A DNA stretch of 45,332 nucleotides, from assembly GCF_001194135.2 (NCBI RefSeq), contig NC_068991.1, forward strand, positions 33,125,096-33,170,427, read 5' to 3'. The DNA comes from Octopus bimaculoides (taxonomy: Eukaryota). A program made the position numbers and the translations under genes. Below the pieces are notes generated by a model. That model saw nothing but the letters and a program-made list of their open reading frames with translations, was not told where the DNA came from and did not search any database. Positions 11,531-25,642 of the stretch are shown here, piece after piece (position 1 is the stretch's first letter; each line of letters begins with the position of its first letter).

Positions 11531-12331
11531 CTAGCTGCATGACCTGGCATTGCCTGGGTTACTGCTGTTCTTTATTCAGATTAGTAAACAATAAATATAA
11601 AGATATATTTTTTTCTCATAATTATTTCAAAATATCTATATTTTATTAAAAAATATCCAAATTGTAATAGTAATAGAATTTAGAACTGAAAATCCGTCAA
11701 TCTTGAAGCACCTCAGGGTAAACAAGTAATTTTTTGTTGGTGTCCAAATGAACAAATTGTTGCTGCTTCCAACTCATTATCAGCCATGGGAGAAGCATGT
11801 AGTAGAAAGATCAAATGCAACTACCTTGAAGGATTGACTCTGAGATTTGTTAATTGAAATATCAAAACTTAGTTTGACTGGAAACTGAAACCTCTAAAAT
11901 TCAAATGGAACATCTGTAGTGACGAGAGGAATTTTTGGAATAAAGACATTTTCTCCTTTGTGACTACCTGTTATGATTGTTGCCTGTAGGACATGGGACT
12001 TCATGGAAGTAACAATCAAGCAAATTCCATTACACAAGCAAGGTGGGTCAAGATTCCTAAGCAACATAATAGGAGCTCCCAGCTTTAGTGTCAAGTTATG
12101 TGGTGGCATCCTAGTGGGTTTAAGTGTGTTCACAAATTCAACAGGGTATTGAACAGCCTGATCTTGATAGACTGCTGTGTAAATTGATTGAAAAATCATT
12201 TCTGATGTGTCTGTTAAGTTTTTAAGAAGTTTATGATTGGGTTTATCAACCATTTCATTAGTTGGAGCCAGTATACCTCTTTCACATAGCCAGTTTACAT
12301 CAGTGTAATTGACAATCACAAATGCACTCAT
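11531..12331 (-). mobile_element. Helitron 3' fragment: PIF1-like helicase C-terminus plus terminal hairpin and CTAG
   Basis: ERGILAPTN, YPVEFVNTL...PPHNLTLKLGAPIMLLRNL.P..LCNG, then PVKLSF.ISINKSQ.QS...CFSHG. The minus-strand end reads cccaggcaatgccaggt...agCTAG|T at 11531. Confidence 0.9.
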
Positions 12332-12558
12332 TCACACATACACTCTCATATACATATACTAAGACAGACACACAGACATACTTTCATGCACACCTCAGGG
12401 TAAATGATATTCATTATATACTTGTCAGTCGTCACATATGTATATGTATGTGTAGATATGTGTGTGAGCCAATTCTAGACTTTTGTGGGATGTCACTCTC
12501 TCTCTCTCTCTCCCTGTGAATATCTAATACTTTAATTGTATCTCTCTCTGTATAATGG

Positions 12559-12591
<33 letters not shown>

Positions 12592-12870
12592 AGATGTGTG
12601 GGTGTGTGTATACTCACATACACATACACTGTCACATATACTTGTCGGTCATTATGTATTTATATATATGTGTAGATGTGTGTGTGTGTGTGTGTTTAAT
12701 TCTATGAGGCCGAACATGCAAAGACACCCACACTCACAGACTAATACACACTCATATACATGTATGTCTAGATGTGTGTGTGTGTGCTTAAGTGTCTGAG
12801 GCCTAACGTATGTTATGAATGCACAACTATACACACACACTCATGGACACACATACACACTCATATACAA
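12332..12870. repeat. Microsatellite-rich degenerate tandem repeats
   Basis: Recurrent tcacatatacttgtc(a/g)gtc and tgaggcc.aac units interleaved with (CA)/(TG)/(TC) runs. Confidence 0.6.
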
Positions 12871-13092
12871 AATGTGATGTCATGGTGGTGGTATAAAATG
12901 TCCTTTACTATAGTTGACTGTAGAAAGATTATTTTAGATAAAATGTTATCTTGTTTTAATCAAAATGAAAATAAAAATTGCATGTTGAGACTCAGAGGGT
13001 CTAATATTATTACCTTGTAAAATTTGATTTGATTTGGTTGAGTTGTTTGAGAATACATAGGAAACAGACAGACAGAGAGATAAAGAATTTTA

Positions 13093-13320
13093 TCTATACT
13101 ATATATAAAACAGAGATGTGTGTGTAATTGGTTTTCACGTGAAATCGACTTCACCAAATGCTTCCATACTTGTAATGCATGAATAATTTGACCTCGGATA
13201 AATCTTAGGCTCTTCATTTGATTTTTTTAATTAAAAATAAATAATATTGCTTTATATTTAAGATTCACTTCTTTAAAAAGGTTCCTCAATGTCAACTTCC
13301 AGTATTGACGTAACAACCGC
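13093..13320 (+). mobile_element. Putative Helitron 5' end (non-autonomous)
   Basis: A|TCTATACTATATATAAAACAGAGATGTGTGTGT resembles the TC-starting heads of animal Helitrons. The 3' boundary is unknown. Confidence 0.45.
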
Positions 13321-13978
13321 AAAAAGCTTCATTTTCTATTTTGTGTGTTCGTGTGTATGAGAGAGAGAGAGAGAGAGAGAGTAAATACTACATACACACC
13401 GCTCTCTCACTCTGTCTCACACACATACACACACACACCTTGACTCACTTACACTCTGTCTCTTACAAACACACACATACATAAATGTATACANNNNNNN
13501 NNNNNNNNNNNNNNNNNNNNNNNNNNNNNNNNNNNNNNNNNNNNNNNNNNNNNNNNNNNNNNNNNNNNNNNNNNNNNNNNNNNNNNNNNNNNNNNNNNNN
13601 NNNNNNNNNNNNNNNNNNNNNNNNNNNNNNNNNNNNNNNNNNNNNNNNNNNNNNNNNNNNNNNNNNNNNNNNNNNNNNNNNNNNNNNNNNNNNNNNNNNN
13701 NNNNNNNNNNNNNNNNNNNNNNNNNNNNNNNNNNNNNNNNNNNNNNNNNNNNNNNNNNNNNNNNNNNNNNNNNNNNNNNNNNNNNNNNNNNNNNNNNNNN
13801 NNNNNNNNNNNNNNNNNNNNNNNNNNNNNNNNNNNNNNNNNNNNNNNNNNNNNNNNNNNNNNNNNNNNNNNNNNNNNNNNNNNNNNNNNNNNNNNNNNNN
13901 NNNNNNNNNNNNNNNNNNNNNNNNNNNNNNNNNNNNNNNNNNNNNNNNNNNNNNNNNNNNNNNNNNNNNNNNNNNNNN

Positions 13979-14021
13979 ACCACCCGCACAAGAGCCAGTC
14001 CAGGGGCACTGGCAACGATCC
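13979..14021 (-). mobile_element. Fragment of the young RTE 3' UTR at a gap edge
   Basis: ccacccgcacaagagccagtccaggggcactggcaacgatc is nearly identical to 27524-27564. Confidence 0.8.
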
Positions 14022-14709
14022 CCATTTTAATTTTCGTAAAAGTTTCCAAGTACCAATGAGGCTTTTTGGCACATCTTCAATTTTCCCCATTCATGAGAGG
14101 CGCCCAGCCATCATCCATCTGAGAGTCCATCTACAGAATGTCCTCAAATTTCTATACAGCATATTTTGCCTTTTTTTCTTCAAGTATATAAGCAACAATT
14201 TCATTCCCGAGCAACACCAAGTGCCTCTGGTAGTATATTATAAAGCTGAAACCTTCCACTCAGTATGATTTTTAACACAACTTGAGTTATAGTGCCTGAG
14301 TGCATCGAACTAGAACAAGGGCTACTGTTCTGCAGCAAAAAAAGAAAAAAAACAGGACAAAATTTGTGAATGCATGAAAATACCAGGGTGTTTGAAGGAC
14401 CTCAACATGTCAGATTTTAATTAAAACTATGAGAAGGAAGTTCACATCCAAAGATTTCAAATGATATATAATTTTCTATGGATAAAACTTATTTTGACAT
14501 GAAAATGATAAAGTAAAATAATGTTTTTTTTTTGGTTCAGACTGTGCTTGTTTCCATTGTACAGTGCTCTATAGGGATACCTAATTAATGATAGGACTGA
14601 CAATAGTGCTAACTATGTCAATCTTGATGCAACAAATAGTGCATCACATGTAGCCTGTGATAAGATGTGCAACTTCAGAATATTAATTGTCCTAAGAGAC
14701 CATTGTCTA

Positions 14710-16470
14710 CCTTCTCTTGTCTTAATCACATCATTCATCTAATAATACTAACCCTATGGTAACTTGATTTAAAATAACTTTCATGTTGCTTGCTTTAATT
14801 TTACAGTATTCCTAACTTTCATATCACTTTAATTTTACAATATTCCCTCCTGTAGCATTTCACGATGGTCAAATTTTTCCTTCTCCCTTTCTCTTTCTCT
14901 CTCTCTATTTGTCCTTCCTCTATCTGTCCTGGTTGCTATTTTTCCTGCAGTTAAGTTACCCCCTGGCCATGTGGTGTCTAAATTTGGCACTGCTTGTTGA
15001 AGTTGCTGTTGTTATTATTACCCTGTGCATATGTCCAGTAGCGTTTACCTTATTTGTGATGTGCCCACTCAAACCCGCCCCACCACCTGTACTGGAAATC
15101 TGTCTTATGCCGGAAATTTTTCTTATACCAGCAGTCTCCTCTCTATACCAGATATCTCCTCTCTTATACCGGAAATCTCCTCTCTTATAATGTTGCTCTC
15201 TCTTATACTGGAAATTTCCTCTCTTATACCTGTAATCCCTTCCATTATACCTGAAATTTCTCTTACACCCAAAATCCCTCCTCTTCTCTTACACTGGTGA
15301 TTCCATTCAATGCTCCAACCCCGCACCAACACCAGTATGGGAAGCCTCTCCTCTGTACCAGAAAACTCTCACTTAATTTAAACTTTGGCCCATTTATTTA
15401 TGTCTGCAATAATAATGCTTATATTAACAACGCTTGTACTACACTCACTCCCAATAGGAGTAACAATTTTTAGCATGATTGAATGATGATGGATTAAAGT
15501 AAGACCAGCCCTTATGACATGTCTGTTATCAAATGCTTATTGAGACCTTTTCAGATGCTGAATAACAAACACGTCCTCACTTTTCATGTCCCTTTCCAAG
15601 TTTTCAGAGTTGGCATTGTCAGTGTGAGCACATTGAAAGATAGGTTTGGTGAGATTGTTGAGGTGCTTGAACAGAGGTGTATTGATGTGTGTTGCATTCA
15701 AGAGGTAAGGTGGAGGAGAGCTTCAGCCTGGTTCCTCACAAGCAAGACACATAAGTATAAACTCTTCTGGTTAGGTATCAGTAACAGGGTAGGTGGTGTG
15801 GGCATACTCCTTGCAGAAAAATGGGTTGTTAAGGTCATAGAGGTAGTCAGAATGTGAGATAGAGTACTTAAGCTCAGGCTAGTTTTGCAGAATAGTACAG
15901 CAACAATTATCTCTGCTTGTGCCCTCCAAGCGAATCTACGAAATGAAAAAAAGGACCACTTTTATGATATCCTTCTGCAGGCTTCCTCAAAGACAAATGA
16001 CAATGATCTCATTTTTGTGGCTGGGGATTTCAATGGACATGTTGGGCAGCCGCCAGGTGTCTTCTATGGTGTACATCGGAGCCATGGAATTGGTCTCCAA
16101 AATAAAAAAGAAACAAGGCTACTGGAGTTCGGTGATGCAAATAACTTATTAATTTGCAACACCAACTTTAGGAAGCCAGACAGTCACCTGCTAACCTATC
16201 AATCGGGTGACCACACTAGCCAGATCGATTACATTCTCACCAGACAGTGAGATACATGGTTGCTCTTAAATGCAGAAGACCTTCCCTGATGATGAAAAAT
16301 GCGCCCCCCCCCAGCATAGACTAGTCATTAGCGATTTTAGACTTCAGGCCAGAAGGATGGCAAGAAGAAGACCGATCTGGAAGCTTAAACATCATCTGTA
16401 TGGTCAGAGATTTAGGGACACCCTAATTGAGAAATTTGACAAGAAGGAGGAAGAACTACAGACTTGTAAC
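14710..16470 (+). mobile_element. RTE LINE 5' portion: 5' UTR with 21-bp VNTR plus APE endonuclease
   Basis: RVGIVSVSTLKDRFGEIVEVL...DVCCIQEVRW, GGVGILL, FVAGDFNGHVG, NTNFRKP..HL.TY.SG...SQIDYIL, QHRLVISDF. The UTR is shared with 20296-21500. Confidence 0.9.
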
Positions 16471-16499
16471 AACTTACTCACCAGGAACTCACAGTTACC

Positions 16500-16880
16500 A
16501 ACTCTACCTTTGTGAGAGACTACACATGCTTCTCCAACCTGCTGTTTCATCATCAGGAAGAATGAATTGTTGCTGTTAGATGTATGCCCTGTTACTGAAC
16601 TTCAAACCACTGGCAGCTGAAAATCCAAGATATTCCAAATTAGGCCTGACTGTTCCATATACAAGTGCAGGGTACTTAACCCACACCACTTACATGGACT
16701 ACAGTCCTATCCATGCTGACCATCAAGCCTTGATTTTTTAACATAGCACCACCAAATCTGGTTACCCTCTATGGAAAGGCTATTACTGCTAATGTTTTGG
16801 TTCTCCACAAGCAACTAACCCACAAGAACACCCCACCCTACCTGTGAGGCACCAAAAGCAATAAACTGATGTTGCTAAGT
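16500..16880 (-). mobile_element. Highly degenerate LINE RT C-terminal fragment (Jockey/CR1-like)
   Basis: Minus strand reads LY.(frameshift)VRPNLEY, resembling the LYK..VRP.LEY thumb motif. Little other support. Confidence 0.35.
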
Positions 16881-16949
16881 ACATCATACTACATCTTCCA
16901 GACAGAGTGGTGACAGTTATTTTTTAGCATTCTATCTAACAATGACTGG

Positions 16950-18575
16950 ACAACCACCATCCAACAAAATAGAATAACAGAGAGACAGTCTACCAAAGGC
17001 TCACAGAACAAGAAACTTTTTTTAAAGAACAGTAGCTCCAAACAGAAATGGAAGGAAATTTTAATGATGCAAAAGATCAAGGAAATACTGAACCAACTGA
17101 TCCAAAAGTAATAAATTTATCACAGCAGAACCTCATGGAAAATTAAATAAACTTCTGGAATACAGATTTAAATTCACACCGACTCTAAAACTTGACACAA
17201 CAGATCATAAAAATTGCTGAGGAATTTTCCAAAAGAAACACAGAATCCATTATTGTGAAAAACAAAACAGAATTTAAGTCTTCAATGAACAGGAATAAGT
17301 ACTCAAAGGAATGCACAATATGTTTGAAAAGATCAGCAAACTTAGACATTCCAACAAGCCAAAAGAAAACATAACAAATTAAGAACGAAATGCATTTGAA
17401 TGCTTGCAGAAAGATTCCTCTATAGTCATTAAAGCTGACAAACGAGGAGCTATTGTAATAATGAGCAAGACCCATTACAGAGAAATAGTCTTAGAACTAC
17501 TAAATGACCAACATTTCCTCAAAAAAGAAATTAGAAACCAATGCAAATAAACAAACAATAAATAAAATTGATAAAATTAATTAACAGATTCAAAAACAAC
17601 TTAATGAAAAAGGGGTTGGATTACCTCACTAATTTTGAAGTAAAAACAAATAATTTTTATGAACTACCAAAAATCCACAAATCTAAAGAAATCAATAACA
17701 GCTTAAAGTGCCACTATACATCATAATTGAAAATTCTTAAACCATCTGGTCTAAAAATGATGTGCAATTATTGCAGGACCATCATCTGCAGGACCATCAT
17801 CTGCAGGACCAACGTGCAGTACCAAATGATTAAGCAATTTGCTTGACATAATATTGAAACCATGTACAAATTGTTCCCTAGTTTCATCAGAGATGACATG
17901 GACTTCCTACACCATATTTCAGAAAGAGTGGATAAAGAGACAAACATAAATAATTTCAGCATAACCAGTCTCTCCACAAATATCCCCCATGGATTAGGAT
18001 TAGAAGCAGTAGAATTCTGGATAGACAAATACTCTCAAATGATTCAGGAGAGATTCCCAAAAGAATTTATTCTTGAAGGATTACAACTGATACAAGAAAA
18101 CAACTACTTTTTCTTTGATAACCAATATTACCTACAAATACAAGGCACAGTAATGGGAATGGAAGTCACACTGTTGTTTGCAAAACTAGTAATGGGATTC
18201 CAAGAAGAAAAAGTCTAAACCCTGTCTGGGATTACTTTTTATCAACATTTCCAATTCTATTTAATAAGAAACGAAAAGACTCTTGAATGACTGCTTCATG
18301 TTATGGAACAATAAGAAACATACAAAATTCGTTTAATAAGTAACAATCATGAATCAATCCAGTTCACTATGGAAATAAATGAAAGAGAACTTCCCTTTCT
18401 GGACATTCTGATAATTAAAGAAAATGAAACCAGTCTCTGCTGTAAGGATACAGACACATGCCAATACTTAGATTTTAGATTTTGCTATGCATCCCACTCA
18501 AAAAGGAGCATTACATTCAATAGTTAGAGACACAAATAGACACGAGAAACGACTGGTAGAACTAAATGTAATATT
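16950..18575 (+). mobile_element. Penelope-like element, N-terminus plus RT, degenerate and 3'-truncated
   Basis: PKVINLS, FKFTPT, IKADKRGAIVIM, FYELPKIHK, IIAGPS, LSNLLDIILKP..SFIRDDMDFL, SLSTNIPHGLG, NNYFFFDNQYYLQIQGTVMG, ELPFLDILI. Confidence 0.9.
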
Positions 18576-18599
18576 GTAGTATTAACCAGACTGGTCGCA

Positions 18600-19880
18600 G
18601 TGCACTTCCAATTCTGTCCTGATTGTGTCATTCTTTTTCTTCTTGACTCAAATAGCTTAACTAAATTACCTTCATGTCATTGTGGAGGCCTTCCATGTGG
18701 CCTTTTCCAATCCCTATGTAGGTCTGCCTGTTGTCTGTGGGCCTTGCAACATGTCTGGCCCAGTGGAACTTGTGCTTTCAGTACTCTGTGATCACATCAT
18801 TCACGCCACTCTGTTCTCAAGTAATCTCATTTAAAATATGTTCTTGTAATGGTATTCCTAAAATGGATCTTTCCACAGCCCTTTATGTCATAGTCAATCA
18901 ATGTTCTATCCTCTTTGTAGTAGCCTACATTTCACTTGATTATAAAAGTGCAGGTAGGCCTGTGCTGTTGAAGAGTCTGGCACATATGGTCTGTCTTTGT
19001 TTTGAGCACATTTTTTATTGAGGCAAACACCTTCCATCTTGCCCTTGTTCTCACTGAGATTTCAGTAACCATATTCCAGTGCATTTTCATGTGTGATTTA
19101 AGTAGATGTACTCCTTGATTTCATTGCTTCCTATCTCTATTTAGCCTTATGCTACATCTTCCAGCTACATATATTGTTTTATGTGGTTCATTTTAAGTTC
19201 TACTGCTAAGCTCTGAGTGTTCAGCTTTGTCAGCATGGTCTGCAGATGGTCTGTGGTTCCAGAGGTAAGTACAGTATCATCTGCAAATCAGGTGTGTTAG
19301 TTGCTTGCCATTGATATTCATACCACCTGTTCAGTCAATGTCCCTGATGACCATTTGCAGACATTCAGTAAAGAACTTTGACACCCTTCCCAATTGGAAC
19401 CTTTACTAGTGGTGATAGCAGAGCTATATCTGTTGTGCATCCAGTATTTGAATCTTTGATTTGTTTGATGCATTGCATCTCAACATCTTGTATTTCCAAG
19501 GATTTCAACACTGCATTCATCTCAATGTTATCAAAGGCCTTTTTGTAATCAACAAAAGCAATATACAAAGGAAACTTGTATTCTTTTGCTCATTCTATGA
19601 GCTGTGCTAGAGTGAATGTGTGGTCTATCATGCTGTAGTTCCTACAGAAACTTACTTATTTTCTTGACTGTTGGTCATTGAGGTATTTTGATAGCCTGGT
19701 GACTATGGACTTTATAAACAGCTTATAGAGGTGTGACAAGAATGTATAGGGCAATACTTCATCATCTTTATGAAGCAAGATGGTATGTGACACTTTCCAA
19801 AGTGAGGGTATTTTACTCTCCTTCAGATAGTGATTGATATGTAGAATGACGATTTTCTACAGCTCTTCACCCCAAAAACT
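18600..19880 (-). mobile_element. Second RTE-clade lineage (RT to C-terminus), no PHD insertion
   Basis: Minus strand LYIAFVDYKKAFDNIE, FADD near 19275-19290, a short linker to EIKEYIYL, then KFHWARHVAR and KRPHGRP. Confidence 0.8.
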
Positions 19881-20295
19881 AAATAAAATATTGAATGGGC
19901 AATAATTAGTAGTGTTTCACCACATACTATTGGGAACTTGAAGTGTAATTTATGCTTGGAAGAAATAGTCCATATCGTTACCTCTAATTACAAGTTATTA
20001 AATGAGTGAAACAAATTAGCTCTGAAATGTGCCTGTTCTTGCAGAAAAGTATTACTTTCCAAACAAGGATTTTCAGTCGGACATAGAAGTGCACATAAGT
20101 TAACCTAGTCAAATAATCTTAGATTTACTCTTGTTAGTTTTTAACAACCTTACAACAAACCACATTCCTCTTTATTTTTTTATTTCCTCTGTTTTTTGAG
20201 TCTTCTTAATCTATCTGTTTACCTTATATGGTATCATATATAATTTCACATTGCTTGCTCTGCTGCTGTTATCATTATTCTAAGCTATTCTAAGC

Positions 20296-21772
<1,477 letters not shown>

Positions 21773-22690
21773 AGATGGCTTAAAAAGTCCAGGTCATCCC
21801 TTATAAAGCTTGGTATATGTTGGAGAATAGGTTTTAGGAGGATGTCAATAAAGTTATTGAGTCTGTGTGTCTCACATGAGGGTCCGGCCATGATTAGTCT
21901 CATTTTGAGATCTCTGGGATGTGGAATATTTATGACTAAAGAAGTCGATTTACTAAAGGCTTCGTTTATGGCTTCACTTTTGTGGATTTTGGGAAGTCCA
22001 TAAAAGTTGCTGGTTTTGCAATCAAGTCTTGTTAAGTAATGTCTCTCCTTTTCTGTTAAATCTTGTAGGCTGTAGTTTTTGATTTTTCATAGTAGGTATT
22101 GTTTTGAAGGAGTATTAGGGTAGTGTTTATGTATTGTTATGTGTCTATGATTACTACAGCACTCCCTTTATCAGCTTCTTTTATAATTATATTATAATCC
22201 TCCTTGATATCATTAATGATTTCTCATTTTTCTCATGATGGGATTAAATTATAGGGATAATTGGATACCAAATCACAAAATTTATTCAGAGTTTGATCTC
22301 TTCCTTTTGCCAGACAGTAGTTAGTTTTATTATGAGGTATTGAGTGATCATTAGTTTCTTTATCAAATAGTTCTTTAGTGACTTGAAGTTTTCTACAGAA
22401 TTCCTGGATATCATTTTGTATCTCTTTTAGATTTGATTTTTGTGGTGTTGGGGTGAACTTCAGTCCTTTTGCAAGAATTCTGATTTGTTGGCTTGAAAGG
22501 GTTTTACATGAGAGGTTTCTATGGGATCTCACATCAGGTTGGCGCCACCAAGTGTCCTGATTTTGGTCCAGTTGCCTAAAAAATGGTTTCTTGGTTTCTG
22601 ATGTATGGAATTAGTGCTTTTGCTGATTGTCGTTCTGTTAAACCCTGATTTATTGTGGGTTCTCTGTTGTGATCGGTTCTGTGTGGATTT
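21773..22690 (-). mobile_element. Penelope-like element N-terminus/RT start, abutting the RTE APE fragment
   Basis: Minus strand LAKGLKFTPTP, KEADKGSAVVI, FYGLPKIHKS, IMAGPSCETHRLNNFIDILLKPILQHIPSFIRDDLDFLSHL. Confidence 0.9.
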
Positions 22691-22699
22691 AGCATAGAA

Positions 22700-23295
22700 G
22701 TACACACATTACCAAAAGACTGAGCTTATTTTAAAAGAAAATGGTTCAACATTAAACAATTCCCCTCCCCATGAGTATACTAAACATGAATACTTTCAAC
22801 ATCAGTACAGGCAACCCATTCATCCTGCAAGATCTTAGAAATTTTCCACAAATTCAACAAAAGAATTTTTTAATGAAAATGTCAAAAATTTTAATTTTGG
22901 TCAACAAGCAGCATTCCAGATCATTAAAGAGGCAATTCACAATTCAAAAGCATATACTCACAGTCACAAGATTCTCACCACTAAAACTTTGTTTATTGAC
23001 AGGCTGGGTGAGTCAGGTAAAACTTTCCTTTATAGTGTTATTCTCTCCTATGTCCACAAAGGACAGATTGCAATAGCAACTGCATCATCAGCCATAGCTG
23101 CATTGCTACTTGCTTAGAATACAATGACTTGTTCCACTTTCTCCCTTCCCTTCATTTCATTTAATGGTATTACATATGCAGTAACAAAGCAACTATCATT
23201 CTGGCTGATGTTATGATTTGGGATGAATTACCACCATATTTCACTGTTTCCTCCCAGAGGTATTGGACAGAACATTAAGAGATCTTATGAAAATG
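22700..23295 (+). mobile_element. Helitron PIF1-like helicase fragment (motifs I-II)
   Basis: NFGQQAAFQII, FIDRLGESGKTFLYSVILSYV...IAIATASSAIAALLL (Walker A region), IWDE, EVLDRTLRDLM. Confidence 0.85.
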
Positions 23296-23712
23296 GTCAA
23301 CCCCAGGTTGACAGAAAAACCCCTTTCCTCTGGTACATACAACTACTGTGGAAAAGGGAGGTAACTCTTTGCAAAGTAACTTTCAGAAATTGATTGTCTC
23401 CCTTAAATCCAGCGTGGTTAATCCACTTAGGTGTGTTACTAGGTAACATTTTTCTCCGGTTACTAGATAACATTTTTTCACGTTACTCAGTACAACTTTT
23501 TCTAGTGAACGTTTTTCATCTTTTTAAAATATTGACATTAATTAATGTTTTTTTATTGACTTTAAATTATTAACATAACAATGTCATCTCAGTTCACTGT
23601 ATGTATTTCTTAAAATTGCTAAGATATTGATATTATATACCTTTTTTTATTGACATTTTATTATTAATGTACAATTGTCATCTTAGTTTATTACATCACA
23701 TTTCTTGACATA

Positions 23713-25058
23713 ATGTCTCCAAAGAAGAGATCCTCCATTGGTCGAAAAACGGTAGTAGCAGAGAAATTGAAAAGAAGGAGAGCAAATGAATTGTGGCATA
23801 ACTACAGAGTTGTACCCCCCCCCCCGACTTTGGAAGGTCATAACTTTCAGAAAAATGAATATTTTTGAATGAAATTTTCTATGCCTATAATATTTATTAT
23901 GTAGATTCCGAATATACGGTGAAAGTGTTTTGGAATGGGGGTGGGGGACAATTTTCGGAAATTCCAACAGAGTCCACTTAAATTACTCTTAACTTCCAGG
24001 AAAATGAATATCTTTTCGTGAAATTTTCTACAAATATACCTTGATGTATGTACATTTCAAGCATGTAGGAATTTTGAAGGAAATAACTGCAGGTTATTTT
24101 TGAGAAGTGTTCCCCATTCGGTGGTGTTTCGGAGCAAGTCGTCCATAATTGTTTCATTTTTCTCTATTATGTGCGTATGTGCATCCGTAGATTTGTAATG
24201 AAGTAATACGCTGCTTCTGTTCTCTTCTACTTCTCTACTAGAAACGTTTACTTTGGATTTTACTTCTATTGAGAAAGAAAAATCGTGTGCATGTTATTTT
24301 TAACGTAAGTTTTCTTATGACGGCTTCTCTTTTCTGCTTATTACTTCATTAGAAATCTACGGATGCACATACGCACATAATAGAGAAAAATGAAACAACT
24401 ATGGATGACTTGCTCCTAAACACCACCGAGTGGGGAACACTTCTCAAAAATAACCTGCAGTAGTTTCCTTCAAAATTCCTACATGCTCGAAATGTACATA
24501 CATCAAGGTATATTTGTAGAAAATTTCACGAAAAAATATTCATTTTCCTGGAAGTTAAGAGGAGTTTAAGTGGACTCTGTTGGAATTTCCGAAAATTGTC
24601 CTCCACCTCCATTCTAAAATACTTTCACCGAAAATTTTTGTATATTCGGAATCTACATAATAAATAATGTATGTATAGAAAATTTCATTAAAAAATATTC
24701 ATTTTTCTGAAAGTTATGACCTTCCAAAGTCGGTGGGTATAACTCTGTAGTTATGCCTGAATTGTCACAGGAGACTTCAATTAAACAATCACAGAATGAT
24801 GCATGTACAGCTACTGCAAGAGCAATGGAAAGCGATGAGCAGCATAGTATTCGCCTGGTCAGGAATGCTGCATTAACAGCTTCAGTACATGCTGGACAGA
24901 GTCAAGAACAGCATGTTATCTGCCGTACAAGGAATTTTACAGCAACTGCTGCTGCATGAGCTGCAGAGAATAAAGAACAACATGCAATTCACCATACAAG
25001 GAATGCTGCAGCAACAGTTGTTGCAAGAGCTGCAGAGACTGCAGAAGATCTAATTTAG
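23713..25058 (+). pseudogene. Helitron-like N-terminal ORF with 23-aa (69-bp) STPR-like repeats, interrupted by the foldback element
   Basis: ATG at 23713 gives MSPKKRSSIGRKTVVAEKLKRRRANEL. After removing 23795-24765 the frame continues SQETSIKQ...ESDEQHSIRL...QSQEQH...ENKEQH...ETAEDL, with one internal TGA at 24957. Confidence 0.65.
23795..24757. mobile_element. Non-autonomous foldback DNA transposon, ~420-bp TIRs and 8-bp TSD (Merlin- or Mutator-like)
   Basis: Termini GGCATAACTACAGAG...CTCTGTAGTTATGCC. Arms span about 23795-24212 and 24336-24757. TGAATTGT occurs at 23787-23794 and 24758-24765. Confidence 0.92.
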
Positions 25059-25642
25059 ATTTTAAATTCTTGTTTGATTCACTTGTCTGTGAAACAGCAG
25101 CATAGTCGAGATGTGTTTTCTTCTCTTACTCTTGTGTTTTGCAAACATCTTCAAAATGACTTTCTAAAATGAAATTCCATTATGCAGCTGAGGAGTACAT
25201 TTTCATTGTATTTTCTGTGGTGTTGTCACTACATGAATAAATGGAGATTGAATTTTTGTTGCTTAACTTCAAATTTTATTCACCAAATCTCTTGATTTTG
25301 TTTTTGGTTTTTATCCTACCAAATTCTGGTGCTTCAAGCATTTCAAGTACCACATTTAATCTTTTGATTAAATCTATATTATTATATGTATGTATATATG
25401 TATGTATATATATGTATATATATACATATATGTATGTATATATATATATGTATATATATATGTATGNNNNNNNNNNNNNNNNNNNNNNNNNNNNNNNNNN
25501 NNNNNNNNNNNNNNNNNNNNNNNNNNNNNNNNNNNNNNNNNNNNNNNNNNNNNNNNNNNNNNNNNNNNNNNNNNNNNNNNNNNNNNNNNNNNNNNNNNNN
25601 NNNNNNNNNNNNNNNNNNNNNNNNNNNNNNNNNNNNNNNNNN

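Noticed and set aside
14022-14340. Possible LINE thumb fragment on the minus strand
   Set aside because: No motif could be read convincingly in any frame.
16544-16556. Minus-strand CTGATGATGAAAC, hammerhead-like
   Set aside because: No stem II, stem I or cleavage triplet; it lies within a probable LINE coding relic.
23430-23505. Three ~23-bp gttact.g.taacattttt units, superficially CRISPR-like
   Set aside because: Contiguous tandem repeats with no unique spacers, in a eukaryotic TE context with no cas genes.
22700-23713. Helicase fragment upstream of a Helitron N-terminus as a rolling-circle concatemer
   Set aside because: The helicase is truncated and no hairpin-CTAG 3' end lies between them, so independent fragments are equally likely.
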